Part shown: in pieces, positions 49,737 through 58,457 of the stretch
Layout of the letters: every line of letters starts with the position of its first letter
Numbering within the stretch: position 1 is the stretch's first letter
Program-made: the position numbers and the translations under genes
Origin: Brevinematia bacterium
GTDB lineage: Bacteria > Spirochaetota > Brevinematia > DTOW01
Assembly (NCBI GenBank): GCA_039630355.1
Contig: JBCNVF010000019.1
Location: 2,142 to 66,141, forward strand
Length of the DNA stretch: 64,000 nucleotides
Direction: 5' to 3'
Notes under the pieces: generated by a model
Told to the model about the DNA's origin: nothing
The model's database searches: none
What the model saw: the letters and a program-made list of their open reading frames with translations, nothing else

Positions 49737-51054
49737 ACTTAGCTAAGTCTTCGTTTTGTATAATGCTTGAAAGTTTCTTATCTACATACTCTTTGGTTAT
49801 GATTATTTCCCTTCCAGATAGTTCTGGTGCCTCAAATGCGATATCTTCAAGAAGCTTTTCCATCACAGTGTATAATCTTCTGGCTCCTATATTTTCAAGT
49901 TTCTGGTTAGAATCGTAAGCTATCTCTGCTATTCTTCTTATTGCTGAATTCTCAAACTCAAGCTTGACGTTTTCTGTTGCCATAAGGAGTTTGTATTGTT
50001 TTACAAGAGCATTTTTCGGTTCAACTAGTATTCTCTCTAGGTCCTCCATAGACAGAGGTTTAAGCTCTACTCTTATTGGAAATCTTCCCTGAAGTTCTGC
50101 TATTAAATCTGAGGGTTTATTTTTTGAGAATGCTCCTGCTGAAATGAAAAGGATGTGGTCAGTTCTGACGGGACCGTATTTGGTATTGACTGTCGTTCCT
50201 TCAACAATTGGTAAAAGATCCCTTTGCACACCTTCTCTTGAGACATTAGGTCCTGTGGTTTCACCTTTACTTATAAGCTTATCTATCTCATCTATGAATA
50301 TTATTCCTTCTTCTTCTGTTCTCTTCCTAGCCTCATCTGCTATATCGGAGGGGTTTATAGCTTTTTCGGATTCTATGGATGATAGCAGTATTCTAGCATC
50401 TCTAACGGCGACCCTTTTTTTCTTTTTCTTCTCTTTGGATCCAAATATCAAATCAAAGGGATTTTGAACATCAACTATTTGTCCAAAATTTCCAGTTTCT
50501 AGAATTTCTTCAAATGTCATTAAGTTCTCTTTGGGTAGTTCTTCTATTTCTATCTCAATCACAACATCGTCGTAAATTCCTTTTTTTATCTGGTTTATTA
50601 CCTCACTTTTGTCAAGTTCAATCAGAGAGGGGTTTGATTTTATTAGGTATTTGTATATGATCTCATTCACTTTTTTATCGTATTTATCAATATTTCTTGA
50701 GATGTGCTCCTTCTTTACCATAGAGTAGGCAGTATTTACTAGATCTCTTACCATTGATTCCACACTTCTGCCAATGTAGCCAATCTCTGTAAACTTTGTT
50801 GCTTCAACTTTAACAAAAGGAGCATTTATTATGCTTGCCATTCGCCGTGCTATTTCCGTCTTACCAACTCCGGTTGGACCTATCATTAAGATGTTTTTGG
50901 GTATTATTTCTTCTTTCAAGCTGTCTGGTAAGGCTTTTCTTCTGTTTCTATTTCTTAAGGCTATTGCAACTGCTTTTTTAGCTTCTTCTTGCCCTATTAT
51001 GTATTTACTTAGCTCTTCAACAATCTCTCTTGGGGTTAGGCCTAGTTTATCCAT
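49726..51054 (-). CDS. hslU: ATP-dependent protease ATPase subunit HslU
   Basis: IIGQEEAKKAVAIALRNRNRR, Walker A IGPTGVGKTEIARRMA, intermediate I-domain, sensor-2 region. No hslV adjacent. Confidence 0.92.
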   Translation of the reverse strand: MDKLGLTPREIVEELSKYIIGQEEAKKAVAIALRNRNRRKALPDSLKEEIIPKNILMIGPTGVGKTEIARRMASIINAPFVKVEATKFTEIGYIGRSVESMVRDLVNTAYSMVKKEHISRNIDKYDKKVNEIIYKYLIKSNPSLIELDKSEVINQIKKGIYDDVVIEIEIEELPKENLMTFEEILETGNFGQIVDVQNPFDLIFGSKEKKKKKRVAVRDARILLSSIESEKAINPSDIADEARKRTEEEGIIFIDEIDKLISKGETTGPNVSREGVQRDLLPIVEGTTVNTKYGPVRTDHILFISAGAFSKNKPSDLIAELQGRFPIRVELKPLSMEDLERILVEPKNALVKQYKLLMATENVKLEFENSAIRRIAEIAYDSNQKLENIGARRLYTVMEKLLEDIAFEAPELSGREIIITKEYVDKKLSSIIQNEDLAKYVL

Positions 51055-51059
51055 GTGTT

Positions 51060-51350
51060 TTACTCCTCTTCGTAATCGTCTTGTAGGTTGAAAATTTCAC
51101 CAAAAGATATTTCGTCTTCTATAAAAGAGAATCTTACAGAGTATTTATATGAATTTTTACCTGTCTTTTTCAGTGAGAAAGCGTCAATTGTAATGTCTGG
51201 TATTATATCAAGGAGTTCTTGGAGGATATCCCTTTTTGTTGAGCATTTACCTTCAAAGTACCAAGAGGAATATTCGTAGGAGATTGTATCTGGAGCAAAG
51301 GAGGATAAGATAAGATCACGGATTGTTAGAATTCTAGAATTCTTCATCAA
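51060..51350 (-). CDS. Hypothetical 96-aa acidic protein immediately upstream of hslU (likely co-transcribed)
   Basis: 5-nt gap to the hslU start; no similarity to HslV (which has an N-terminal Thr nucleophile). Acidic C-terminal tail DDYEEE. Confidence 0.4.
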   Translation of the reverse strand: MMKNSRILTIRDLILSSFAPDTISYEYSSWYFEGKCSTKRDILQELLDIIPDITIDAFSLKKTGKNSYKYSVRFSFIEDEISFGEIFNLQDDYEEE

Positions 51351-51416
51351 TCACCTCTTAAAAATTATAAATGAGTTTAGTTTAAATGTTCAATCAAGAC
51401 TATAAATAACTGCCTG

Positions 51417-51636
51417 ATAAGTTCCAATTTCCATTACTTCCACTAGGTGAGAAAGCAAGATTCCGAACTTTTCGCTTACTTAACCTCTTTGTTTCTAGAT
51501 AGTCTTCTTGAGTTACAAAGCTTCACCTAAATCGAGCTTCTTATGTGCTTGTTAAGAAGAGTATTCCTTTGGTCCAGATGGGTATTGCAAGGGAAATAAA
51601 AGAAAGACATGCCTGATTGTTGAATTTTAGAATTCA
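51417..51636 (+). repeat. Type-1 intergenic repeat element, full copy D
   Basis: Collinear with copies A and B; about 75-80% identity. Confidence 0.8.
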
Positions 51637-51710
51637 TCGGCATTGTAGTTAATTAACTTGAATCGGTATTTGGGGTTTTTGTATTATTTTTAGCATTCTG
51701 GAGGTGTTTT

Positions 51711-52469
51711 ATGGGATTGATGGAAGGTAAGAGGGGAGTTGTTTTTGGTGTTGCTAACAAATGGAGTATTGCGTGGGCAATATCAAAGTCACTGCATAGA
51801 GAGAAGGCAGAGATACTTCTTTCCTACTTAGGTGAAGAAGATAAAATCAAGGAATTAGCCAGTGAAATTAATGCAAAGATTTTTCCATGTGATGTTTCAA
51901 AGGATGAAGATATTGTGAGGCTTTTTGAATTCGTTGGTAGAGAGTTTGGAAAGATTGATTTTATTGTGCACTCAATTGCTTTTGCTCCAAGGGAGGCACT
52001 ACAGGGAAGATATATTGATACCACTAGAGAGGCATTTAGAATCGCACTTGATATAAGTGCTTATTCTCTTGTCAAGATTGTCAAAGAGGCAGAGAAGTAT
52101 TTGAATGACAACTCTGCCATAGTTACTATGACTTACCTTGGCTCTGTCAGAGCGGTTCCGAACTACAACGTTATGGGTGTTGCAAAAGCTGCGCTTGAGT
52201 CTAGTGTAAGATACATCGCTTACGACCTAGGTTCAAGAGGTATAAGGTGTAATGCAATTTCTGCAGGACCAATAAAAACATTAGCTGCTAGAGGTATAAG
52301 TGGATTTATGAGTATGTATGAAGAGTATCCTAAAAGATCTGCACTCAAGCGAAACGTAAGTGCGGAGGAAGTAGCAGAAACTGCTCTGTTTCTTTTAAGT
52401 AACCTCTCTTCTGGAATAACTGGTGAGGTTATATACGTGGACGCTGGGTATGAAATAATGGGAATGTAG
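51711..52469 (+). CDS. fabI: Enoyl-[acyl-carrier-protein] reductase (NADH)
   Basis: GKRGVVFGVANKWSIAWAI Rossmann region, with catalytic Tyr and Lys spaced as in FabI. Confidence 0.9.
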   Translation: MGLMEGKRGVVFGVANKWSIAWAISKSLHREKAEILLSYLGEEDKIKELASEINAKIFPCDVSKDEDIVRLFEFVGREFGKIDFIVHSIAFAPREALQGRYIDTTREAFRIALDISAYSLVKIVKEAEKYLNDNSAIVTMTYLGSVRAVPNYNVMGVAKAALESSVRYIAYDLGSRGIRCNAISAGPIKTLAARGISGFMSMYEEYPKRSALKRNVSAEEVAETALFLLSNLSSGITGEVIYVDAGYEIMGM

Positions 52470-53396
52470 CTATTCAAACTTATCACCTACTTTTACCCTG
52501 TAACCGTTTACAAAAGATTTAGCATCCATTACTTTAGAATTCTCTGGGAGTAGCTTTTCTACTTCCAGCACTCCCCTCCCTGTCTTAATGCCTATTCTAT
52601 CGCCTAGCCTAATAACTTCACCAAAGTCACCGCTAGTTTCTTCTTCCGAATACCTAGCTTTAAGAATCTTCACCATTCTACCTTTGTAGAAACAATAAGC
52701 TTTAGGCCATTCAACAAAAGCTCTGACCTGACCGAATATGTGTCTGGCTTCTTTACTCCAGTCAATTCTTGAGTCTTCCTTTCTTATGATCTTGGTAAAA
52801 GTTGCTAAACTATCCTCCTGTGGAACTGGAGTAATGTTGGGATTTTCAAAGAACCTAGCTATCAGCTCTATAGACAACTCGGTAAGTTTCCTTTTTAGGG
52901 ATGAGTAGTCATCATCTTCGTCAATTTCCACTTCTTTCTGAAGTAAGATTTCCCCAGCATCCATTTTCTCATTTATGTAGAAAATTGTAGTTCCTGTGAC
53001 TTTGTCACAGTTTAGCAAAGCAAAGTGAATAGGAGAAGGTCCTCTGTATTTCGGAAGTAACGAGGGATGGATGCCTACTGTCTTCATAGGTGGCATTTCA
53101 AAGATTTCTCTAGGAATTATTTTCCCATAGTCGCACACAATAAATAGATCAAAGCCTTTAGAACTTAAGAGGTTAAAAAACTCTTGTGACCTGATATTTT
53201 CATTATCCGTAAACTCAATGCTATTAGAGATTGCTAATTCCTTAACAGGAGTAGGACTTAGAACCCTTCCTCTTCCTTTCTCTTTGTCTGACTTAGTTAC
53301 TACAAAATCAATCTTGTAGTCACAAGAAATATGTAGTAGACCTTCAAGAACTGCTTTGGAAAACTCTCCTGACCCAAAATAACAAACTTTCTTCAT
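52470..53396 (-). CDS. fmt: Methionyl-tRNA formyltransferase (start at MKKVCYFG)
   Basis: Formyl transferase N-domain with HPSLLP, then the C-terminal Fmt domain. Confidence 0.9.
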   Translation of the reverse strand: MKKVCYFGSGEFSKAVLEGLLHISCDYKIDFVVTKSDKEKGRGRVLSPTPVKELAISNSIEFTDNENIRSQEFFNLLSSKGFDLFIVCDYGKIIPREIFEMPPMKTVGIHPSLLPKYRGPSPIHFALLNCDKVTGTTIFYINEKMDAGEILLQKEVEIDEDDDYSSLKRKLTELSIELIARFFENPNITPVPQEDSLATFTKIIRKEDSRIDWSKEARHIFGQVRAFVEWPKAYCFYKGRMVKILKARYSEEETSGDFGEVIRLGDRIGIKTGRGVLEVEKLLPENSKVMDAKSFVNGYRVKVGDKFE

Positions 53397-53419
53397 AAAG
53401 CCTCCGTAGGGGATATTCA

Positions 53420-54262
53420 CTACCAACTTAACTTTGTCCTAAGGGTTTCAAAAAACTTTCTTTTGGGGTTTCTAACAACTTTTGCATAGAACTTGCTTCT
53501 TTTTATGTTTAGCTCAGTCTTACCGTCAACGTCAATATACTCTTGCCCATCAAATACTACAACCGGTAGTGGTGAAAGGTAATCTACTTTGAGAGTGACG
53601 GTGCTATCTTTGTCAAGCACTATGGATCTTGCTGAGAGAGTGTGTGGACATATAGGGGTTATTAGAATATTCTCCATAGTTGGCATCAATATCGGGCCAA
53701 AGGCAGAGAGTGAGTATGCGGTAGAACCAGTAGGTGTGGAGACGATGATTCCATCTCCTCGGTATCTATTGAAAAACTCTCCGTCAATAAGGACCTCTAT
53801 CTCAATAAGGCGGTGGAGTTTTCCTCTGGAGATCACAACCTCGTTTAGCGCAGAGTTGTAGTATGTCTCCTTCCCACTAATTTTTATTTCCACTTCTAAC
53901 ATCATTCTATTCTCAACTTCGTATTTCTCTGACACGATCAATTGGGTAAGTTCCTCAAGGTCATTTTCTGAAAAATGCATAAGAAATCCAAGTTTACCTA
54001 CGTCTACTCCCGCAATGGGGACTTCATACTTTGAAAAGAGTCTAGCGGAGTAGAGTAGCGTTCCGTCACCACCAATGCTTACGACAAAATCTGGTTTCTT
54101 AATATCCTTATAAGAGCTGAGATTTGCAGAAAAGTCCGAAAAATCGGTTTTTAAAATGAAAAATTCAATTCTTTCTCTTGTGAAGAAATTCTTTAGGACA
54201 TCTATTATTCTTTTCGCCTCATTTTTGTCAGGATTATAGACAATGGCGATGAAAGGTGACAT
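53420..54262 (-). CDS. nadK: NAD kinase
   Basis: GGDGTLL and NE/DG motifs; 280 aa. Confidence 0.9.
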   Translation of the reverse strand: MSPFIAIVYNPDKNEAKRIIDVLKNFFTRERIEFFILKTDFSDFSANLSSYKDIKKPDFVVSIGGDGTLLYSARLFSKYEVPIAGVDVGKLGFLMHFSENDLEELTQLIVSEKYEVENRMMLEVEIKISGKETYYNSALNEVVISRGKLHRLIEIEVLIDGEFFNRYRGDGIIVSTPTGSTAYSLSAFGPILMPTMENILITPICPHTLSARSIVLDKDSTVTLKVDYLSPLPVVVFDGQEYIDVDGKTELNIKRSKFYAKVVRNPKRKFFETLRTKLSW

Positions 54263-54269
54263 CTAAGAA

Positions 54270-54671
54270 CTATCTCTTTGAGTATTGCTTGGATTTTCTT
54301 GCTTTAACCTCGCCGTATTTTTTCCTTTCCACCATTCTGGGATCTCTTCTAACCAAGTTTAGCTTCCTAAGTGTAGGTCTTAATGTCTGAGGATCATAGT
54401 TTGCCAGAGCCAGTGCAATGCCATGTCTGATAGCCTGGGCTTGGGAAGAGATACCTCCACCTCTTACTGTTGCATAAATGTCAAACTTGTTGAGAGTATT
54501 AGTTACCTTGAAGGGTTCTAATACAATGTTGATATAACTTTCTATTCCTCTGAAATACTCTTTCAGATCTTTACCGTTTATTGTAATTCTACCCTTACCA
54601 CCAGGCTTTAGGAAAACTCTGGTGACAGAAGTTTTTCTTGCACCTCTTGTTGGAGTTGTTAGGGTTTTCAT
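54270..54671 (-). CDS. rpsI: 30S ribosomal protein S9
   Basis: GGGISSQAQAIRHGIALAL and C-terminal basic tail KSKQYSKR. Confidence 0.93.
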   Translation of the reverse strand: MKTLTTPTRGARKTSVTRVFLKPGGKGRITINGKDLKEYFRGIESYINIVLEPFKVTNTLNKFDIYATVRGGGISSQAQAIRHGIALALANYDPQTLRPTLRKLNLVRRDPRMVERKKYGEVKARKSKQYSKR

Positions 54672-54679
54672 ATTACCTC

Positions 54680-55105
54680 CTAAATTTTGTATTCAATTGC
54701 ACCAATAGGAGCTTTAATATTTTCGTCTTTGAAGACAATAAGCCTTCGCAATCTATGTTTTCTCAGTCTATTTTTCGGTAGCATTCCTCTCACAACTCTT
54801 TCAAATACAAACCTTGGATTTTTTGCTATTGCTTCCTTAAAGTGAAGGTGCTTCAACCCACCTGGGTATCCAGAGTGCCAGAAGAATACCTTATACTCGG
54901 GCTTTTTACCTGTCAGGATAGCTTTTGAAGCATTCTTAACAATAACGAAATCACCGTTATCAATATGAGGAGTATAGTTAACTTTATGTTTGCCCATAAG
55001 AAGTTTTGCTATAACAACACCTAGTCTTCCTAAGGGTTTCCCTTCGGCATCTATAACGTAATATTTTCTTGATACTTCGCTCCCTTTGATCATTATTGTC
55101 TTCAT
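54680..55105 (-). CDS. rplM: 50S ribosomal protein L13
   Basis: KYYVIDAEGKPLGRLGVVIAKLLMGKHK L13 signature. Confidence 0.93.
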   Translation of the reverse strand: MKTIMIKGSEVSRKYYVIDAEGKPLGRLGVVIAKLLMGKHKVNYTPHIDNGDFVIVKNASKAILTGKKPEYKVFFWHSGYPGGLKHLHFKEAIAKNPRFVFERVVRGMLPKNRLRKHRLRRLIVFKDENIKAPIGAIEYKI

Positions 55106-55286
55106 ACATTTTCACCTTTCTTGCTTATTATAAACTTAGTTTCCACAGATTCTCAAGTTAAGAATTGTAATCAACAGTAAATTCCAAAATTTGGAGATTT
55201 GCAAATTATATATTTGTTGTAAAGGTTTTGAAATAGTTGAAAAAGTTTAGTTTTTACATTTAATCTAAGTGTATCCTTAAGGGGAG

Positions 55287-56891
55287 TTGAGTATGGGAGG
55301 CAAGGTGAAAGTTTTCTGCGCGGATGGTTTTTCAAAGGTTGGCCTGGATATACTCTCTTACTATGAAGAGATCTCTGTTACTGTTAATGAGAAGACTTCA
55401 AAAGAAGAACTTATTGATAAGATACCAGGCTATGATGTTTTGGTAGTTAGAAGTTCAACGAAAGTTGATAGAGATGTAATTGATGCAGGCAAGAGGCTAA
55501 AGATAATAGCCAGGGCTGGTGTGGGATTGGATACGATAGATGTTTCTTATGCTACTCAGAAGGGAATAGTTGTTATGAATTCTCCCACAGGTAATGTTAT
55601 CTCCACTGCTGAACATGCTATAGCTTTATTATTCTCAATAGCAAGAAAAATACCGTTTGCTCACATTTCTACGGTTAATGGAGGGTGGGATAGGAAATCA
55701 TTTAGAGGTGTTGAGCTTTATAGGAAGAAAATAGGTGTCATTGGTCTTGGTAAGATTGGGACTGAGGTTGCTAAGAGATGTTTAGCGCTTGGAATGGAAG
55801 TTTTAGCTTATGATCCGTATGTAACTGAAGAAAGAGCATCACAGATAGGTGTTAGACTCTGCGATCTTGAGGAAATCTATAGAGAATCGGATTTTATAAC
55901 CTTCCATGTTCCGTTAACAGAGCAGACTAAGAACATGGTTACTAGGAAAGAGATAGAAATGATGAAACCTACTGTCAGAATAATTAACTGTGCAAGAGGT
56001 GGTATTATCAATGAGCAGGATCTTGCGGATGCTTTGAATTCGGGAAGGATAGCTGGTGCTGCTATTGATGTTTTTTCGGTTGAGCCTCCCGTGAATAATC
56101 CGCTTGTAGGTGCTAAAAACTGTATTGTTGTTCCTCACCTTGGTGCATCAACAGAGGAAGCTCAGGATAATGTTTCAGTTGAGATTGCTGAATCTATTGT
56201 CAAATTTTTCAAAGATGGGGTTATAATCAATGCTGTCAATATGCCCTCGGTGAGTCTACAGAAGTATAAGGATCTTAGGGAATTTATCTTAATGGGGGAG
56301 ATTGTTGGTAAGATCTCTGCACAACTTTCCAATGGAGGAGTTTTGCAATTGGTGGTTTCCTACTCGGGTCATATTACAGAAGATCCAGTGCAGATAGTTA
56401 CTAGGGCGGTAGCAAAAGGATTTATGGAGAAAATTGTTGGTGAGAATTCTGTCAATTATGTCAATTCTCTATTATACTTGGAGTCGCATGGAATTAAGCT
56501 ACTGGAGGCTAAAGAGGAAGAATCTTTTTCAGTGTTTTCAAACTTGGTTAAGGTTTTGGTAGTTACTAAAACGAAGAGAGTGGAGATTTGGTACACTGTC
56601 TATCCTAACAATGATGCAAAAATTGTCAAGATTGATAACTACTATATGGAGCTTGATCCAACGGAAAATATGTTGTTTGTGAGGAATTATGATAAGCCAG
56701 GTGTCATAGGATTTTTAGGCACAGTTCTTGGCGAGGCGAATATAAACATAGGTGAGATGAAAGTTACGAGAGCTAAGAGGGGAGATAAAGCTTTAACCAT
56801 AATAACTCTGGACTCCGAGCCATCTAAGGAAGTGATAGACAAGATTTCTTCAAATCAGGATATAATTGAGGTTAGGAAGATAACCATTTGA
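55287..56891 (+). CDS. serA: D-3-phosphoglycerate dehydrogenase with C-terminal ACT domain
   Basis: 2-hydroxyacid dehydrogenase NAD-binding GVIGLGKIGTEVAKR, catalytic His/Glu region, and ACT domain. Confidence 0.9.
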   Translation: MSMGGKVKVFCADGFSKVGLDILSYYEEISVTVNEKTSKEELIDKIPGYDVLVVRSSTKVDRDVIDAGKRLKIIARAGVGLDTIDVSYATQKGIVVMNSPTGNVISTAEHAIALLFSIARKIPFAHISTVNGGWDRKSFRGVELYRKKIGVIGLGKIGTEVAKRCLALGMEVLAYDPYVTEERASQIGVRLCDLEEIYRESDFITFHVPLTEQTKNMVTRKEIEMMKPTVRIINCARGGIINEQDLADALNSGRIAGAAIDVFSVEPPVNNPLVGAKNCIVVPHLGASTEEAQDNVSVEIAESIVKFFKDGVIINAVNMPSVSLQKYKDLREFILMGEIVGKISAQLSNGGVLQLVVSYSGHITEDPVQIVTRAVAKGFMEKIVGENSVNYVNSLLYLESHGIKLLEAKEEESFSVFSNLVKVLVVTKTKRVEIWYTVYPNNDAKIVKIDNYYMELDPTENMLFVRNYDKPGVIGFLGTVLGEANINIGEMKVTRAKRGDKALTIITLDSEPSKEVIDKISSNQDIIEVRKITI

Positions 56892-56954
56892 TGGTAGGGG
56901 CTTGAGTAGTTGTTCGTTTTGAATTTTAACTTTCTAAACTTTGATACTTTAGCT

Positions 56955-57428
56955 ATGAGTTTTCAGCGTGGAGTGATTGCTATCTTGATCTTAGTTTTGA
57001 CTTCCTGCGGTATAGATGTTCCAGAGCTTGTTGTTACTCTCAGGCCTCCGATGGGACTAAAGGTATGGTTTACCACTAATGATACTATCAAACTTGAGTT
57101 TTGGGGATTTAACGATGAAGATTATTTTTCTGGTTATGTGGTTTTTGCATCGTCCTCTTATAGCGAAATAGCAGACACAACAAAGTCTTTAGGTGAAAAA
57201 CCTAAGATTCCCAATATGGAGACAAGAGCACTACCAACTTTCAGTGTCCTACCTACTTCTGAGCCGACAAATTATGTCTTTGAGCTTCCACTTACTGTTC
57301 AAAGTGAAAGTGGAAATATTGTCTTCATAAAGGGTTTTCAGTATTACATAGCAGTTGCTGGGTATTCTGCTTCTAAGAAGATCTACAGTCCTTTGAGTAA
57401 TATAACAAATGTGGTGCTAACTAATTAG
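56955..57428 (+). CDS. Hypothetical lipoprotein with FN3-like fold (ORF from 56910; likely start MSFQRG)
   Basis: Lipobox LVLTSCG; beta-rich 140-aa domain. Confidence 0.45.
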   Translation: MSFQRGVIAILILVLTSCGIDVPELVVTLRPPMGLKVWFTTNDTIKLEFWGFNDEDYFSGYVVFASSSYSEIADTTKSLGEKPKIPNMETRALPTFSVLPTSEPTNYVFELPLTVQSESGNIVFIKGFQYYIAVAGYSASKKIYSPLSNITNVVLTN

Positions 57429-58022
57429 TAGGTTAAGCTGATCTATTATCTTTTTCATAGGTGCTCCAATTATACTATCTACCACTCCTTCTACTATCTC
57501 AAAGAAATTCTCAGTCCTTTCTATTGCTATCCCACCTGACCATGCCTCAACAGGGTTCTGCTGTATATACCTTTCTATCTCTTCATCAGGTATGTTCTTT
57601 AGATATACAACTGAAATATCAAAGTCGTTTACTGTTACATCAATGTCAGATACATACAATGCGTAGGAAGTAACTATCTCTTGAAAGTCGTTTCTGTAGG
57701 AGTAGAACCATGTTCTGGCTATTTCCTTGTTTTTAGGCTTGAATTTTATCTCACCTTGATGGACGACTACGGTGTCAAAGGTTATTAGTATAAACTTATC
57801 GGATGTAGCCAGTCTGGATCGTATTTCTAAGTTCTTCTTGTATGATAGGAACATAGTTAGGATAATTGGGTTATTTTTGTAGTCTCCAAGCTTTTCTGCT
57901 TCTCTTTCTTCGTCAATGTAGGACGGCATCGTCGTGAAGTCTTTGAAAAATTTTTTGAATACCTCTCTTCTACCTTCTGAGGCACTTCCCAGAATTACTT
58001 TATATTCACTTATCCGTTTCAT
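57417..58022 (-). CDS. maf: Maf-like nucleoside triphosphate pyrophosphatase (divergent)
   Basis: N-terminal VILGSASEGRREVF resembles Maf LASGSPRRRELL. C-terminal GGIAIERTENFFEIVEGVVDSIIGAP resembles GIQG-x-GA-x-I-x5-GDY-x-NVMGLP. Confidence 0.55.
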   Translation of the reverse strand: MKRISEYKVILGSASEGRREVFKKFFKDFTTMPSYIDEEREAEKLGDYKNNPIILTMFLSYKKNLEIRSRLATSDKFILITFDTVVVHQGEIKFKPKNKEIARTWFYSYRNDFQEIVTSYALYVSDIDVTVNDFDISVVYLKNIPDEEIERYIQQNPVEAWSGGIAIERTENFFEIVEGVVDSIIGAPMKKIIDQLNLLIS

Positions 58023-58061
58023 TTTGGAGAAAATCTTGATTTAAGAGAACTGCTAAATTCA

Positions 58062-58410
58062 AGAAGAGATAGAGCAAGTTTGTAGGAGAGTTTGGTGAAA
58101 ATTAAAGTGAAAGGACTTCCTCTTACCTTGTAAGATAAAAGCAAGAGGAGGAATGTATGAATGACAAGAAAATTGTAAATCACTTTATCAAAAACCTTCT
58201 ACTTGACCTTCCATCCAAACTCAGGAAGAAGATAGCGAAAGTTGTTCTCTTACATTCTTCTACCTTTAGGTAAGGCAGGTATGCTAGGGTTAGGAGGGGA
58301 AGGTTTGAGGATTGCTTGGATGAGTTATGAACACGGGGTATTCAGAATACTTTCTCACAAAAAAGTACCAAACTCTTAACTAAGCTTCAGTTAAAAAATA
58401 TTGAAATTTC
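58062..58410 (+). repeat. Type-2 composite leader element, copy 2, upstream of ABC permease gene
   Basis: Collinear with 8503-8826. Anti-SD CTTCCTCTTAC paired with GCAAGAGGAGG (compensatory change relative to copy 1); small ORF 58157-58273; promoter TTAACT-17-TATTGA at 58376-58404. Confidence 0.8.
58157..58273 (+). CDS. Conserved small ORF, copy 2 (38 aa: MNDKKIVNHFIKNLLLDLPSKLRKKIAKVVLLHSSTFR); coding status unproven
   Basis: Same AGGAGG-N7-ATG context and sequestering hairpin as 8583-8660; cationic amphipathic peptide. Confidence 0.25.
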   Translation: MNDKKIVNHFIKNLLLDLPSKLRKKIAKVVLLHSSTFR

Positions 58411-58457
58411 ATGTTTAAACCTTTTTAATTATATCTAGCAGATGCGGAGGTATTGGT

